Shown: positions 27,374-36,736 of the stretch, in pieces
Layout of the letters: each line of letters begins with the position of its first letter
How positions within the stretch are numbered: position 1 is the first letter of the stretch
Assembly: GCA_041658485.1 (NCBI GenBank)
Contig: JBBAAE010000004.1
Span: forward strand, 1-58,174
Direction of reading: 5' to 3'
Length of the DNA: 58,174 bases
Source of the DNA: Minisyncoccota bacterium
Lineage (GTDB): Bacteria; Patescibacteriota; Minisyncoccia; Phycocordibacterales; Phycocordibacteraceae
Position numbers and translations under genes: made by a program
The notes under the pieces: model-generated
What the model was told of the DNA's origin: nothing
Database searches by the model: none
What the model saw: the letters and a program-made list of their open reading frames with translations, nothing else

Positions 27374-27409
27374 CTCAGAAACTATACGATCGATCGTATA
27401 GTTTCTGAG
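27374..27409. repeat. 36-bp perfect palindrome, family 2
   Basis: CTCAGAAACTATACGATC|GATCGTATAGTTTCTGAG. Confidence 0.7.
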
Positions 27410-27471
27410 TATTTAAAAAAATACCTTGAAGTGATTCTTAGCACTATAGTGCTCTCCGTAAAACGGAAAAT

Positions 27472-28269
27472 ATGAAAACACACAATAAAAAAGCTCGAGG
27501 CGCAAAGCTCGGGCAACACTTACTCACTAATGTTGGCATTGCCCGTGCCGTAGCTGTTTCTGCGGGTGTGACTCGTGGTGACAAAGTACTTGAGATAGGA
27601 CCAGGGAAAGGGATGCTCACCAAAGAAATACTTTTGCTCGGAGGAACAGTAACCGCAGTTGAAAAAGACCCAGCGATGGTTCTGGTACTCAAAGAAAAAT
27701 TTACTGACGAAATTAAATCGGGCTCACTTACACTCATTGAAGGTGACGCCCGCGACTACACGCCTGATAAAGTATTTCCAAAAGGCACATACAAAATTGC
27801 CGCGAACATTCCGTACTACATCACGGGAGAATTAATTCGCTCATGCTTAACTGCAAAAAATAAACCTGTCTCACTTGCACTTCTGGTACAAAAAGAAGTT
27901 GCGGAGAGAATCGCACGAGGTAAAAAAGAAAGCATCCTTTCACTTTCGGTAAAAGTGTACGGCACTCCAAAATATGTAAAAACAGTTTCTCGAGGAAGCT
28001 TCAATCCGCCACCATCAGTTGATTCAGCAATACTTGGTGTGTATGACATCTCAAATAAAAATTTCAAAAAGATTGCGGAGGAGGATTTATTTCGTATTGT
28101 AAAAGCAGGGTTTGCACAAAAAAGAAAGACGCTGGCGGGGAACTTGAAAAGAGCCTTGGGTATCAACGCCGTGGAAGCACTTGATGCGGTTGGAATTTCT
28201 GAAAAAGCTCGCGCCGAAGATCTCACACTAGATCAATGGCTTGCTCTTACAAAATATTTGGCAGAATAA
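27472..28269 (+). CDS. rsmA: 16S rRNA dimethyladenosine transferase
   Basis: LGQHLL, VLEIGPGKG, ANIPYYIT, VQKEVAERI, FNPPPSVDSA. Confidence 0.95.
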   Translation: MKTHNKKARGAKLGQHLLTNVGIARAVAVSAGVTRGDKVLEIGPGKGMLTKEILLLGGTVTAVEKDPAMVLVLKEKFTDEIKSGSLTLIEGDARDYTPDKVFPKGTYKIAANIPYYITGELIRSCLTAKNKPVSLALLVQKEVAERIARGKKESILSLSVKVYGTPKYVKTVSRGSFNPPPSVDSAILGVYDISNKNFKKIAEEDLFRIVKAGFAQKRKTLAGNLKRALGINAVEALDAVGISEKARAEDLTLDQWLALTKYLAE

Positions 28270-28276
28270 GAACCGA

Positions 28277-29188
28277 TCACATGCCTGGCAGAGATGTCCC
28301 TACTGAAGTAATGGTGCCCCGTGTCATCGGAATAACAACGCAGGGTGTAGCAATCATCTTACAGAACCCAAAAGGGCGATAAAAGCCTAAATGGTGCACC
28401 CCGGGAACAATAACTAATCCGTACGGGTAGATGGTAGGAACACTTGTTGGACTAAAAAGATAGGTGCCCGCTGAAGGAGGCCCGAGGGTAATCATAAAGT
28501 CGCCCGCACTACAGGTACACGGAACCACGGCCAACACTATTCCTCCATATGGCTGACTGATGCTTATCCCTCCTGCGGATGATGCTCCCGCAGACGTGTT
28601 AGCGTTACTGGCATTACTGACAGAAGCGTTGGAATTTGATGTCGTGTGGGTTAAGGCACTAGTTGATTGAGTTTGCCCAGAACTTCCAGAAAATAATGAT
28701 GAGAAAGAACTCTGAAGTTTTGAAAACAAACCAGAAAATCCACCAAAAGAAGACTCGCTGGACGATGAACTAGGGGATTGATTGGATGACCTAGGTGCTG
28801 ATGCTTGTGAAGGCTCTGCATATACAGTGCGCGCGGAAGCATAATAAAGGATGGATTGCCGTTTAAAGGTGATTGCCTCCGCTCCAGCTCCTACTTCGCA
28901 GTCAATAAATGATGGGAGTAACACTCCTGAGACTTCTTTTCCTACGGCAGGCGAAGCATTGATAGGAGCTGATTTTGAAATACCTTCTCTATATATAAAC
29001 TGGGAACCAGAAGATCCAATCGTAACCAGAGATCCTGAAATGTTTGTACAGGGAATAACCTCAAGTACCGTACCTTCAAATGATGCCTGTTTTGCTGGCG
29101 TTGGCTCACTCGCTAGGGAAGTGAGCGGTAAAAGAATGAGTAGTGTGGAAGCGAGAGCGAGGTAGGGGACAGCGTTCAATCGAGACAT
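28277..29188 (-). CDS. Secreted hypothetical protein with two related Cys-containing domains and a Ser-rich linker
   Basis: Signal peptide; FEGTVLEVIPCT...C and YGGIVLAVVPCTCS...C...C domains. Confidence 0.65.
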   Translation of the reverse strand: MSRLNAVPYLALASTLLILLPLTSLASEPTPAKQASFEGTVLEVIPCTNISGSLVTIGSSGSQFIYREGISKSAPINASPAVGKEVSGVLLPSFIDCEVGAGAEAITFKRQSILYYASARTVYAEPSQASAPRSSNQSPSSSSSESSFGGFSGLFSKLQSSFSSLFSGSSGQTQSTSALTHTTSNSNASVSNASNANTSAGASSAGGISISQPYGGIVLAVVPCTCSAGDFMITLGPPSAGTYLFSPTSVPTIYPYGLVIVPGVHHLGFYRPFGFCKMIATPCVVIPMTRGTITSVGTSLPGM

Positions 29189-29266
29189 AAGAACACTATA
29201 ACTTGCTCATGAGTCACTATCCTAGATTTTTAACACAACAAACCCAAAAGCCCCTCTCCACCTCTC

Positions 29267-29359
29267 TTTTTACAAAGGTCCGACCTTTGTAGGGTTTGAA
29301 GGTGGGGGTTATGTGGGACATCGTAGGTCCCACATAACGGAGGTCCGACCTTTGTAAAA
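29267..29359. repeat. Nested palindromic (REP-like) element
   Basis: TTTTACAAAGGTC...GACCTTTGTAAAA outer arms, two AGGTCCGACCTTTGTA units and an inner TTATGTGGGAC/GTCCCACATAA hairpin. Confidence 0.6.
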
Positions 29360-29369
29360 TGTTTGTGGT

Positions 29370-29621
29370 ATGCTCATCAAAAATCAAACAACAGATATGA
29401 CACATCCGAGCGAGAAACATGAAGGCAAAAGGAGGGGGAAAATTTCTTGGAGAGAGTTTCTTATTACCCTAGGACTTATGGGGGCTTCGGCGGTGGCTTT
29501 GTCTTTAACTTCTAAGCCTCCACCAAAACCAACAGAGCAAGAGCATTATTTATCTATTGCTGAAATTAAAGCTCTCATGCGAGACTTTGAGTCCCAAAAC
29601 GCTCCATATCGCACTGAATAG
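29370..29621 (+). CDS. Small single-pass membrane protein
   Basis: Basic N-terminus followed by a TM (FLITLGLMGASAVALSL); start may be ATG 29397. Confidence 0.45.
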   Translation: MLIKNQTTDMTHPSEKHEGKRRGKISWREFLITLGLMGASAVALSLTSKPPPKPTEQEHYLSIAEIKALMRDFESQNAPYRTE

Positions 29622-29708
29622 CAAAAAAGTATTTCTCTTATAAAAGCACTTGCTAAAAAAGCGAGTACTTTTATTTTTAACACCGCACTTCTAATCCCCA
29701 CAAGCACG

Positions 29709-29732
29709 TATAAAGGACAATAGTCCTTTATA
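29709..29732. promoter_or_regulatory. Operator-like palindrome upstream of the T4SS-like locus
   Basis: TATAAAGGAC-aata-GTCCTTTATA, ending 23 nt before ATG 29756. Confidence 0.45.
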
Positions 29733-29755
29733 GCTGGGGTTATACTAACGGTACG

Positions 29756-30496
29756 ATGGAAACCCAAAATAAATGGGGGGGTGCTTTTTGGGCAGTGATA
29801 TTTGCAGTCGTTGTTATAGGTGGATCTTCTGCATATTCCTTTCTACACCAACCCAAAAGAATGGCGGTAATCCCTGGTGGGGAAACGATGACAGGTTGGC
29901 AATCTGTTTCAAGTACTGTGACACAGCCCTCAAATAACAGCCTCACAGGATCTATTTCGGAAGACCTCTACGCAAAGCTTGCAGAAAACACAAACTACAG
30001 TGCAAGGGAGCGCGATGTCATTATTGCCTCATTAGTAAAAGAAAAGGTGGTCAGTCCAGCTATAGTACCGAACATCAATCTTGTTGATTTAAATATCAGT
30101 GACACGGCCTCGCTAGACACATACTCCAAACTACTGGTGGTCATTTTGAGCCAAGCTAGCCAAGTGGAAAAATATGAGGTAACGATTTTCACACAAAGCG
30201 TCATGAGCGACAACATTTATGGGACACCTACACTTCAGTCAACGGCTGATTTATATAAAAAAATAGGAGCATCGCTACTAATAATGGAGGTGCCGAAAAC
30301 GCTCGCTACAGAACACCTCGAAGTGGTAAAAAGTGTTGGGGCATTAGCAAGGGCTGTTGAGAATATGGCGACATGGAAGGGCGACCCTATAGAAGCACTT
30401 TCTGCTGTGGACACATTTAATAAAGCAAAGAGCTACACTGAGGGGAGTGTTGATACATTACTCTTAGCGGTGATGGCAATTCAAAATAAAACATGA
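29756..30496 (+). CDS. Hypothetical membrane-anchored protein, first gene of the T4SS-like locus
   Basis: N-terminal TM followed by a helical domain; overlaps the next start by 4 nt (ATGA). Confidence 0.7.
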   Translation: METQNKWGGAFWAVIFAVVVIGGSSAYSFLHQPKRMAVIPGGETMTGWQSVSSTVTQPSNNSLTGSISEDLYAKLAENTNYSARERDVIIASLVKEKVVSPAIVPNINLVDLNISDTASLDTYSKLLVVILSQASQVEKYEVTIFTQSVMSDNIYGTPTLQSTADLYKKIGASLLIMEVPKTLATEHLEVVKSVGALARAVENMATWKGDPIEALSAVDTFNKAKSYTEGSVDTLLLAVMAIQNKT

Positions 30497-32478
30497 AAAA
30501 AATATTTCTCATAATTTTGTTACTTGCTCTTGCTCCAATGTCTGTATCAGCTGAAGAAGTCATACAAGCAACAACTATTGATACCAACCCGACACTACTT
30601 TCAGGATTGCCGAACGATATTAATCTCTCTTCATCAGACACAGATACCGACAGCAGTAAATCTGCTGAAGTTGCAGGATGTAAATCAGACTCACAGGGCT
30701 CTTTGGGTTCAATATCAGGAATACTTGGATCATTATTCCAAGGAGGTAACCTCAGCTCTCTTTTGAGAGGTGCACAGAGCGGTAACATCAGTGGGATTAT
30801 AAGTAGCATTACTGGCGGAAGTCAGACGGGGCAAATAATTTCAAGCCTCCTCGGTAGCAACGGAAACATAAGCAGTATTCTCAGTAGCTCAGGCTTGGGA
30901 AATGTGGTTGGGAACTTGCTCGGTGGAGGTAGTGGAGGTGGTATAGGTAACACAATTGGTGGATTACTAGGTGGAGGCGGTGGCTCCATTAGTGGACTAC
31001 TTGGTGGTGGCCTTGGGGGCATTGCTGGTGGTGCTTTGGGATTGATAGGTGGGGGAATGGGTGCCGTGCCAGTAAGCGACAGCACTATACAGAGCAACAC
31101 TCAAAAAATTCAAGGAAACACAAAACAAATTCAAGCTGACCAAGACACACAACTTGAAGTCACCTGCGTTCAAAACGTATTGGTACGAAAAACTCGAATA
31201 GATGCAACACAACATCTCGCCGCAGAAAATGCCCGCCAAATAACCACGGGGAGAGATGGCGGAACATTCTTTGAAAAACGACCTTTAGCAGAAATTATTA
31301 ATACAACTAATGACACCATCACTAAGAATGTCGTTGATAATCTATTAAAAAACAGCGGAATTGTCCCAGCCCTTATTCCTGTAGTTCAAAGAAATATTGT
31401 TGCAGATACTAAGTTGCAAACAAGTTTTGCGGAGCAAGTAAAATGCCCCGTCGCAGAAAAAGTTGATGTCGTTGCTTGTATGAAAGATATTACAAAATGC
31501 GGAGCAACAGGTGAAGAGAGAAATGCTAATCGTCTCGCCATTACTCTGACAGATGGTTGTACGGCAGAGGGTTTAACCATGGCCACTCACAATTATATTC
31601 AAGTACGAAATGCCCTCACTAACGCCGACAGAGAAAACCAGCTCGACAGAAACCAGGGATTTTATTCGAAGGTAACCTGCAGCAACGGAAGTACCGCAAG
31701 TACGCAAGAGGAATGTTTAGTATTACAAACATATACTGTTGCAACACCGGGTATAGACATAAAAGATGTGCACACTGATGCTCAACTCAGCGGTGCACGC
31801 CAACAACAAAATGCGAACGAAATTGGGAGCTTGGTAAATTCTTTATTTGCACAACTTGGACAGCAATCACTCACGAGCCTAAAGGGCTTAGTAGGACTCT
31901 CTCAAAAAAGCTCAACGGGGAGTGGCTCATACCTTGATAACCTTTCACAAAACGCACAGACTAGCACCACAAATCAAGCAAAGATTACTCTGAACAGCAA
32001 CATAGAAAAATCACTGGTAACTGAATACGCATACCAAGCAACTCTTGCCGACATGATTGTTAATCTAGAGAATACAAAAAGTGGATATGCTTCTGTGCAG
32101 GCCTGCTACCTAGCGCTCGTTACCAAAGGCGGGGGACTAGGCATTGACTCTGCAACAGCAACAACAAAAATGAATCAAGCATCTTCAACGGTTAACACAA
32201 CACTTACTCCCCAAATAGAATTAGCTTCAATTGCGTTTGATAATTCTGACAGTACCTCCTCATCACTTGAAGCACTCCAATCGGAGGTAGGGAGTGCTGA
32301 AAATTCTACTGAAATTAACGCGCTCTCGGAAGCATTCAACTCTCTCAAAACATATGGCCCTATACATACTCAAAACAACCTTGCGTCTCTCACCAACGAC
32401 CGTGATGCATCAAAAACACTTCTCGCCGAAATGACTGCCACTGCAAGCACGGAGCTCACTCAGTGCAAAAACTATTAG
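30493..32478 (+). CDS. Large secreted Gly-rich protein with Cys pairs (VirB5/adhesin-like by context)
   Basis: Signal peptide, a long G/S/L-rich repeat block, several Cys and a helical C-terminus; translationally coupled to its neighbours. Confidence 0.65.
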   Translation: MKKIFLIILLLALAPMSVSAEEVIQATTIDTNPTLLSGLPNDINLSSSDTDTDSSKSAEVAGCKSDSQGSLGSISGILGSLFQGGNLSSLLRGAQSGNISGIISSITGGSQTGQIISSLLGSNGNISSILSSSGLGNVVGNLLGGGSGGGIGNTIGGLLGGGGGSISGLLGGGLGGIAGGALGLIGGGMGAVPVSDSTIQSNTQKIQGNTKQIQADQDTQLEVTCVQNVLVRKTRIDATQHLAAENARQITTGRDGGTFFEKRPLAEIINTTNDTITKNVVDNLLKNSGIVPALIPVVQRNIVADTKLQTSFAEQVKCPVAEKVDVVACMKDITKCGATGEERNANRLAITLTDGCTAEGLTMATHNYIQVRNALTNADRENQLDRNQGFYSKVTCSNGSTASTQEECLVLQTYTVATPGIDIKDVHTDAQLSGARQQQNANEIGSLVNSLFAQLGQQSLTSLKGLVGLSQKSSTGSGSYLDNLSQNAQTSTTNQAKITLNSNIEKSLVTEYAYQATLADMIVNLENTKSGYASVQACYLALVTKGGGLGIDSATATTKMNQASSTVNTTLTPQIELASIAFDNSDSTSSSLEALQSEVGSAENSTEINALSEAFNSLKTYGPIHTQNNLASLTNDRDASKTLLAEMTATASTELTQCKNY

Positions 32479-32480
32479 GC

Positions 32481-35400
32481 ATGAAGAAAAGGTTCCTCAT
32501 ACTTACTGCCTTTCTTATCCTTAGCAGTTTTGCTCTGCCTGTTATTGCCGCTCCCTTAGAATCACTGGCCCCACAGGGAGGCGCTAGCGGTGCACGAGCA
32601 ACTGGGGTAGTCCAGGCAGTAACAAATTCTGGAGGTACTCCAGAACAAGCGAACGCCATAATAGAAAGCGTAACTGCTACTGAGCAAGCTGGCATTGATG
32701 ACGCCATGCCACCAGGCGGATTGACACGCGGACTTAGTGAGCTTGTTGGAGGCATTCTGCATATAGTCACTTGGATACTACTGAAGATAGTGACAATTTT
32801 TCTCTACTTCATAGGAATGTTTTTCACATTCATTGTGGAACAGCTCGTCGTCAACATGGGGCACTTTGTAACCTCGTCAGACGCTGTTGGTATACAAATT
32901 GCATGGCGCATTATGCGCGACCTCGCAAACCTCGCCATCATTGGTGGACTTATTGCAACCGCCATTGGCGCCATTCTCCAGCTCGCTAATATGAAGCCTG
33001 AGAAATTGCTCGTGCGCCTCATTATTGCAGCCCTCTTGGTAAACTTCAGTTTCTTTTTTGCTGGAGCTGTCATTGATTCATCAAATTTTCTTGCCACCAC
33101 CATCTACAAAGCAACTATCCAGACTGAACATTGCGGAGAGAGCTGCAATATAGTGGATCGATTTAACAAAGTTATTCGAACCTATAATCACAACATTCTT
33201 GAGTACCTCGAGTTAACTAAAGTTGACGCCGGTGATATTCCTGCAGACTCCCAATGGATGGCGGTACTGCAAAATCTTTTGAGCATCGTGCTCATGTCCG
33301 TCACAGTATTCGTATTTCTTTCTGCCACGGCACTACTCTTGGGACGATTCGTGGCACTCATCCTTATTCTCATCACATCCCCCATAGGTATTGCGGGCAT
33401 GGTCATTCCTCAAATAAGCAAATATGCAAAAGAGTGGTGGGAGGCACTTTTCAGTCAAGCGTTTTTTGCTCCCGTGTACTTTCTTCTTGTAGGCTTTTCT
33501 CTCACTATTCTTGATAATTCTAACGGCGCGTTTAGTGGGAATGACACCAATCTTATTGGCGGACTACTCACTTTCATGGTGGCAACAGTGTTCATGTTGC
33601 AGTCGCTCAAAATTGCAAAAGGTATGAGTGAAGCTGCAAAACGACTTGGGGATGTCTATAAAGCATCCGACAAAGTTGCCGGCTGGATGCCTAAAGCGTA
33701 CACAGGTGGCCTGAAGTTTGGGGGAGCATTTGTAGCACGAAACACCGCAGGTTGGGCTGGAGACAAATTTGCGCCTATTTACAGAGAATTTGCCGCTAGA
33801 CATCGTTTAGACCAAAAGTGGTGGTCTGCACCTGCGGATCGTCTAATACAGGATCGCCTAGGCAAACTCAAGGAGAAGAAATTCTTTGGCTTTGAAGGAT
33901 ACGGCGCAATAAAGGAAAAGCGGAAAGGGCGTGAAGTTGAACTTGGAGAAGTAGAAAAAGACGAAAAGCAAAAGGCCGAACTTCTTGGAAAGCTAACCCC
34001 TGCAGAAAAGAAGGCGCTTAGAGCGTTAAAAAAGAAATTGGCCACAGGAGTACTCACTCCAAAAGAACAAGAAGAGTTAGATGAGCTAAAACAGAAAGAT
34101 GTAAAAAGTCTAACTGCGTCCGAAGCTGCACGACTCGCCACATTGGGCGCAAAGCTCAGTGTGGGTGAAAAGCAACAACTTGATGAGCTTTCTGAACGTA
34201 AACGTGAAGGTGGCGCGCTGGGGAAAGTAAATCGCCTCGAGAAAGCATACCTTGAAGAATATGCAGCTGGTAATGATCGCAACAAGGTAAGCCAGGCACG
34301 ACTCGAAGAGTTGCGAGGCAAAGAAAAAACTGGTTCACTACTTGCACACGAACGCGCCGAGCTTCAACACCTTGATATCCTCAAGCAGAAAGGCGTTCTC
34401 GGCAAAGACGCCCGACTTGAAACATGGGGTGAATACTGGGATAGACAGCTACTGCGCGGTGACCTCGGACGAAAAAAACTCACCGCGAAAGAGCAGGAAC
34501 TCGAGCGACAGGTACTCAAAGCAAAGGTGGCCGACGGCACTATCACCGATGCAGAAAAAACTCGCCTTGCAGAGCTTGAAAATCCCACCGCGGATGGATC
34601 TTTCGGCGAAGATAAGTGGGCATACCATGAGAGACTCGATGCCGCAAAAATTGACGGCAAGAACTCCTACAGAAATGCTCGTAGTGATGCAGAATCAATC
34701 TACGCAAGTATTTCGGATGGATTCTGGGAACGCGAGTACGACAAAAACCCGAAATCAATTATTCAACTCGCTAAAATTCTCCCTAAGGGGCAGTGGATAG
34801 ATCTTCAAAAAAATCCAAAAATTAGACGTGACATTAAAAACGATATGATGCGGGAGCGCTTTGGTACATGGGCGCGCCAAGTGCGTGAAGTACAAAATAA
34901 AGTCGATAGCGGAGAGTGGCTCTTAGGTGGTGAAGCATACAATGCAGCAACACTTGCCTTATTCAATGATCAAACCAAAAACATCCCGACGAGCGAGGAA
35001 ATGCGAGGCCTTACTCTTTCAGATGCAGTGTTTGATGAGAAGTCAGGGGAAAGGTTCCAAGATCTTCGCAAATTGTCTGTATTTCCAAACGTGTTCTCCA
35101 GTAGTATTTTTGCCGACATTAAAGATAACAAGGATCTTCCAAAAACTGAACAACGTGATTTCGGGAGTACAAAAAGAAAAGGTTTGGACATGGTGCGCGA
35201 TCAATATGCTGGCGGGTTAATGCTTTTCGGACTGCAATCAAAAGATCACATGCCGTTTGAGGATGGCACAGCGAACTACCACGGAGCCGAACGAGCAGTC
35301 AAAGATGCCCGGGCGGTATTAAGTGCAGAAAGTTCAACTTCAAAAGTACTTGCGAGGGCGGCTTTAGACCCTAACAGTGTTAGTCAGAGCGATTTACAAT

Positions 35401-36722
35401 TAGCGCAGGCAAATAAGCGTTACGCAGAAATGGTTTTGAAAGCGGATAAGGACGGATACAGCCCATTTAAGGCTCGGGCTGACAAAAAGATAGGCGCAAT
35501 TAAAGAAGAGGAATATGCTCGCTATGCAGCAGAGGGAATAACTCGGGAAGAGTTGCACGACGCTAAAAGATTGGAGGTGATGACTGAGGCAAGACAGGAG
35601 TATGAAAAAGCGAAACGTGATGGCACGCTAGATTTGTCAGATGACGCCACTTTTGCGACACATAAACTTCTTGAGAACGAGCAAAAAACGCGCGACTATT
35701 ACAGAGGGAAAAACCCTCGAGAAATTAAAGCCATATTCAACAAACGAAGTTGGTGGTCAGCCAATACTCCTATAGGCATAAACGTTGACCAATTACAGTC
35801 CTTGGAGGGGCAAGATATAGGTGAACGCGATGAATTCTTTGCCCAAATGCTTATTCGTGGAGATGATTCGATGATTGCCAACTATGCTACCAACGAGCAT
35901 CTAAAAAGCTTGTTCGGTTGGCCATCGCCAGAGAGAATAAAGAAAATTAACTTGTGGCGTAGATCGATGGGTAAAGCGGAATTACCTCCTATTTTCTCTG
36001 AAGAGGGAATAACTGAAAGTCTCAAAGGAGGTGGATCTGAAATTAATCCAGAAGACGATGGGGGGGATAATTCTGGAGGTACGAGCGGAGAATCGCCGAG
36101 ACGACCCAGTGGAGGCAGTAACCCTGGCGGGCAAATAGCTGAATCACAATCAGCAACAACCACAACTGATGCAACGGCATCCTCAGAAATTAGAGACGTG
36201 GAGTTTGAAGACATTCAAACGCCTGACGAAACATCAACATTCACTGAAAGACAAGCTGCTGCCGCAGCTGCTACACGCACAACAGGCTCAGCAATTGAAC
36301 CAGGTGGTAGTGGTGATGATTTTCCTGAGCCGAGCGCTCCTGAAATAGTAGCGCCCACGATAACAGACACTGGGACTCAGGCGACACCAAGCACAACCCC
36401 TCAAGCAACCCAGCTATCGCCAGAAGATTACTTTAAGAACTTCGATCGAGGAAACCCCTATTCCGAAAATAACGTTTCTCAGGCTCGTGCATATCTGGAC
36501 AACCTCACGGATGATCAAATCATAAGCTTGCCTTCGCGCGTGGTGCCATTAGCACTGCCTGGCATTAAAAGGCCATCCACCGTCCTTGCGCTTCTAAATA
36601 GATATAAGAACGACAAAGACGCATTAACTGGCATCCGTGGCGGGTTTACCTTTCTCTATAATCAAAATAAACTTAGCGGAGAAATGGCGAATATGGTTAG
36701 GTCTTGGCAAAATCCAGCGTAG
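32481..36722 (+). CDS. Giant VirB6/TrbL-like polytopic membrane protein
   Basis: About 7-8 TM segments including WRIMRDLANL...LLVRLIIAALLVNFSFFFAGAVIDSSN and ILLILITSPIGIAG...WWEALFSQAFFAPVYF, then ~950 aa of soluble tail. Start set at ATG 32481. Confidence 0.72.
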   Translation: MKKRFLILTAFLILSSFALPVIAAPLESLAPQGGASGARATGVVQAVTNSGGTPEQANAIIESVTATEQAGIDDAMPPGGLTRGLSELVGGILHIVTWILLKIVTIFLYFIGMFFTFIVEQLVVNMGHFVTSSDAVGIQIAWRIMRDLANLAIIGGLIATAIGAILQLANMKPEKLLVRLIIAALLVNFSFFFAGAVIDSSNFLATTIYKATIQTEHCGESCNIVDRFNKVIRTYNHNILEYLELTKVDAGDIPADSQWMAVLQNLLSIVLMSVTVFVFLSATALLLGRFVALILILITSPIGIAGMVIPQISKYAKEWWEALFSQAFFAPVYFLLVGFSLTILDNSNGAFSGNDTNLIGGLLTFMVATVFMLQSLKIAKGMSEAAKRLGDVYKASDKVAGWMPKAYTGGLKFGGAFVARNTAGWAGDKFAPIYREFAARHRLDQKWWSAPADRLIQDRLGKLKEKKFFGFEGYGAIKEKRKGREVELGEVEKDEKQKAELLGKLTPAEKKALRALKKKLATGVLTPKEQEELDELKQKDVKSLTASEAARLATLGAKLSVGEKQQLDELSERKREGGALGKVNRLEKAYLEEYAAGNDRNKVSQARLEELRGKEKTGSLLAHERAELQHLDILKQKGVLGKDARLETWGEYWDRQLLRGDLGRKKLTAKEQELERQVLKAKVADGTITDAEKTRLAELENPTADGSFGEDKWAYHERLDAAKIDGKNSYRNARSDAESIYASISDGFWEREYDKNPKSIIQLAKILPKGQWIDLQKNPKIRRDIKNDMMRERFGTWARQVREVQNKVDSGEWLLGGEAYNAATLALFNDQTKNIPTSEEMRGLTLSDAVFDEKSGERFQDLRKLSVFPNVFSSSIFADIKDNKDLPKTEQRDFGSTKRKGLDMVRDQYAGGLMLFGLQSKDHMPFEDGTANYHGAERAVKDARAVLSAESSTSKVLARAALDPNSVSQSDLQLAQANKRYAEMVLKADKDGYSPFKARADKKIGAIKEEEYARYAAEGITREELHDAKRLEVMTEARQEYEKAKRDGTLDLSDDATFATHKLLENEQKTRDYYRGKNPREIKAIFNKRSWWSANTPIGINVDQLQSLEGQDIGERDEFFAQMLIRGDDSMIANYATNEHLKSLFGWPSPERIKKINLWRRSMGKAELPPIFSEEGITESLKGGGSEINPEDDGGDNSGGTSGESPRRPSGGSNPGGQIAESQSATTTTDATASSEIRDVEFEDIQTPDETSTFTERQAAAAAATRTTGSAIEPGGSGDDFPEPSAPEIVAPTITDTGTQATPSTTPQATQLSPEDYFKNFDRGNPYSENNVSQARAYLDNLTDDQIISLPSRVVPLALPGIKRPSTVLALLNRYKNDKDALTGIRGGFTFLYNQNKLSGEMANMVRSWQNPA

Positions 36723-36736
36723 GCTAGAAACATAGT

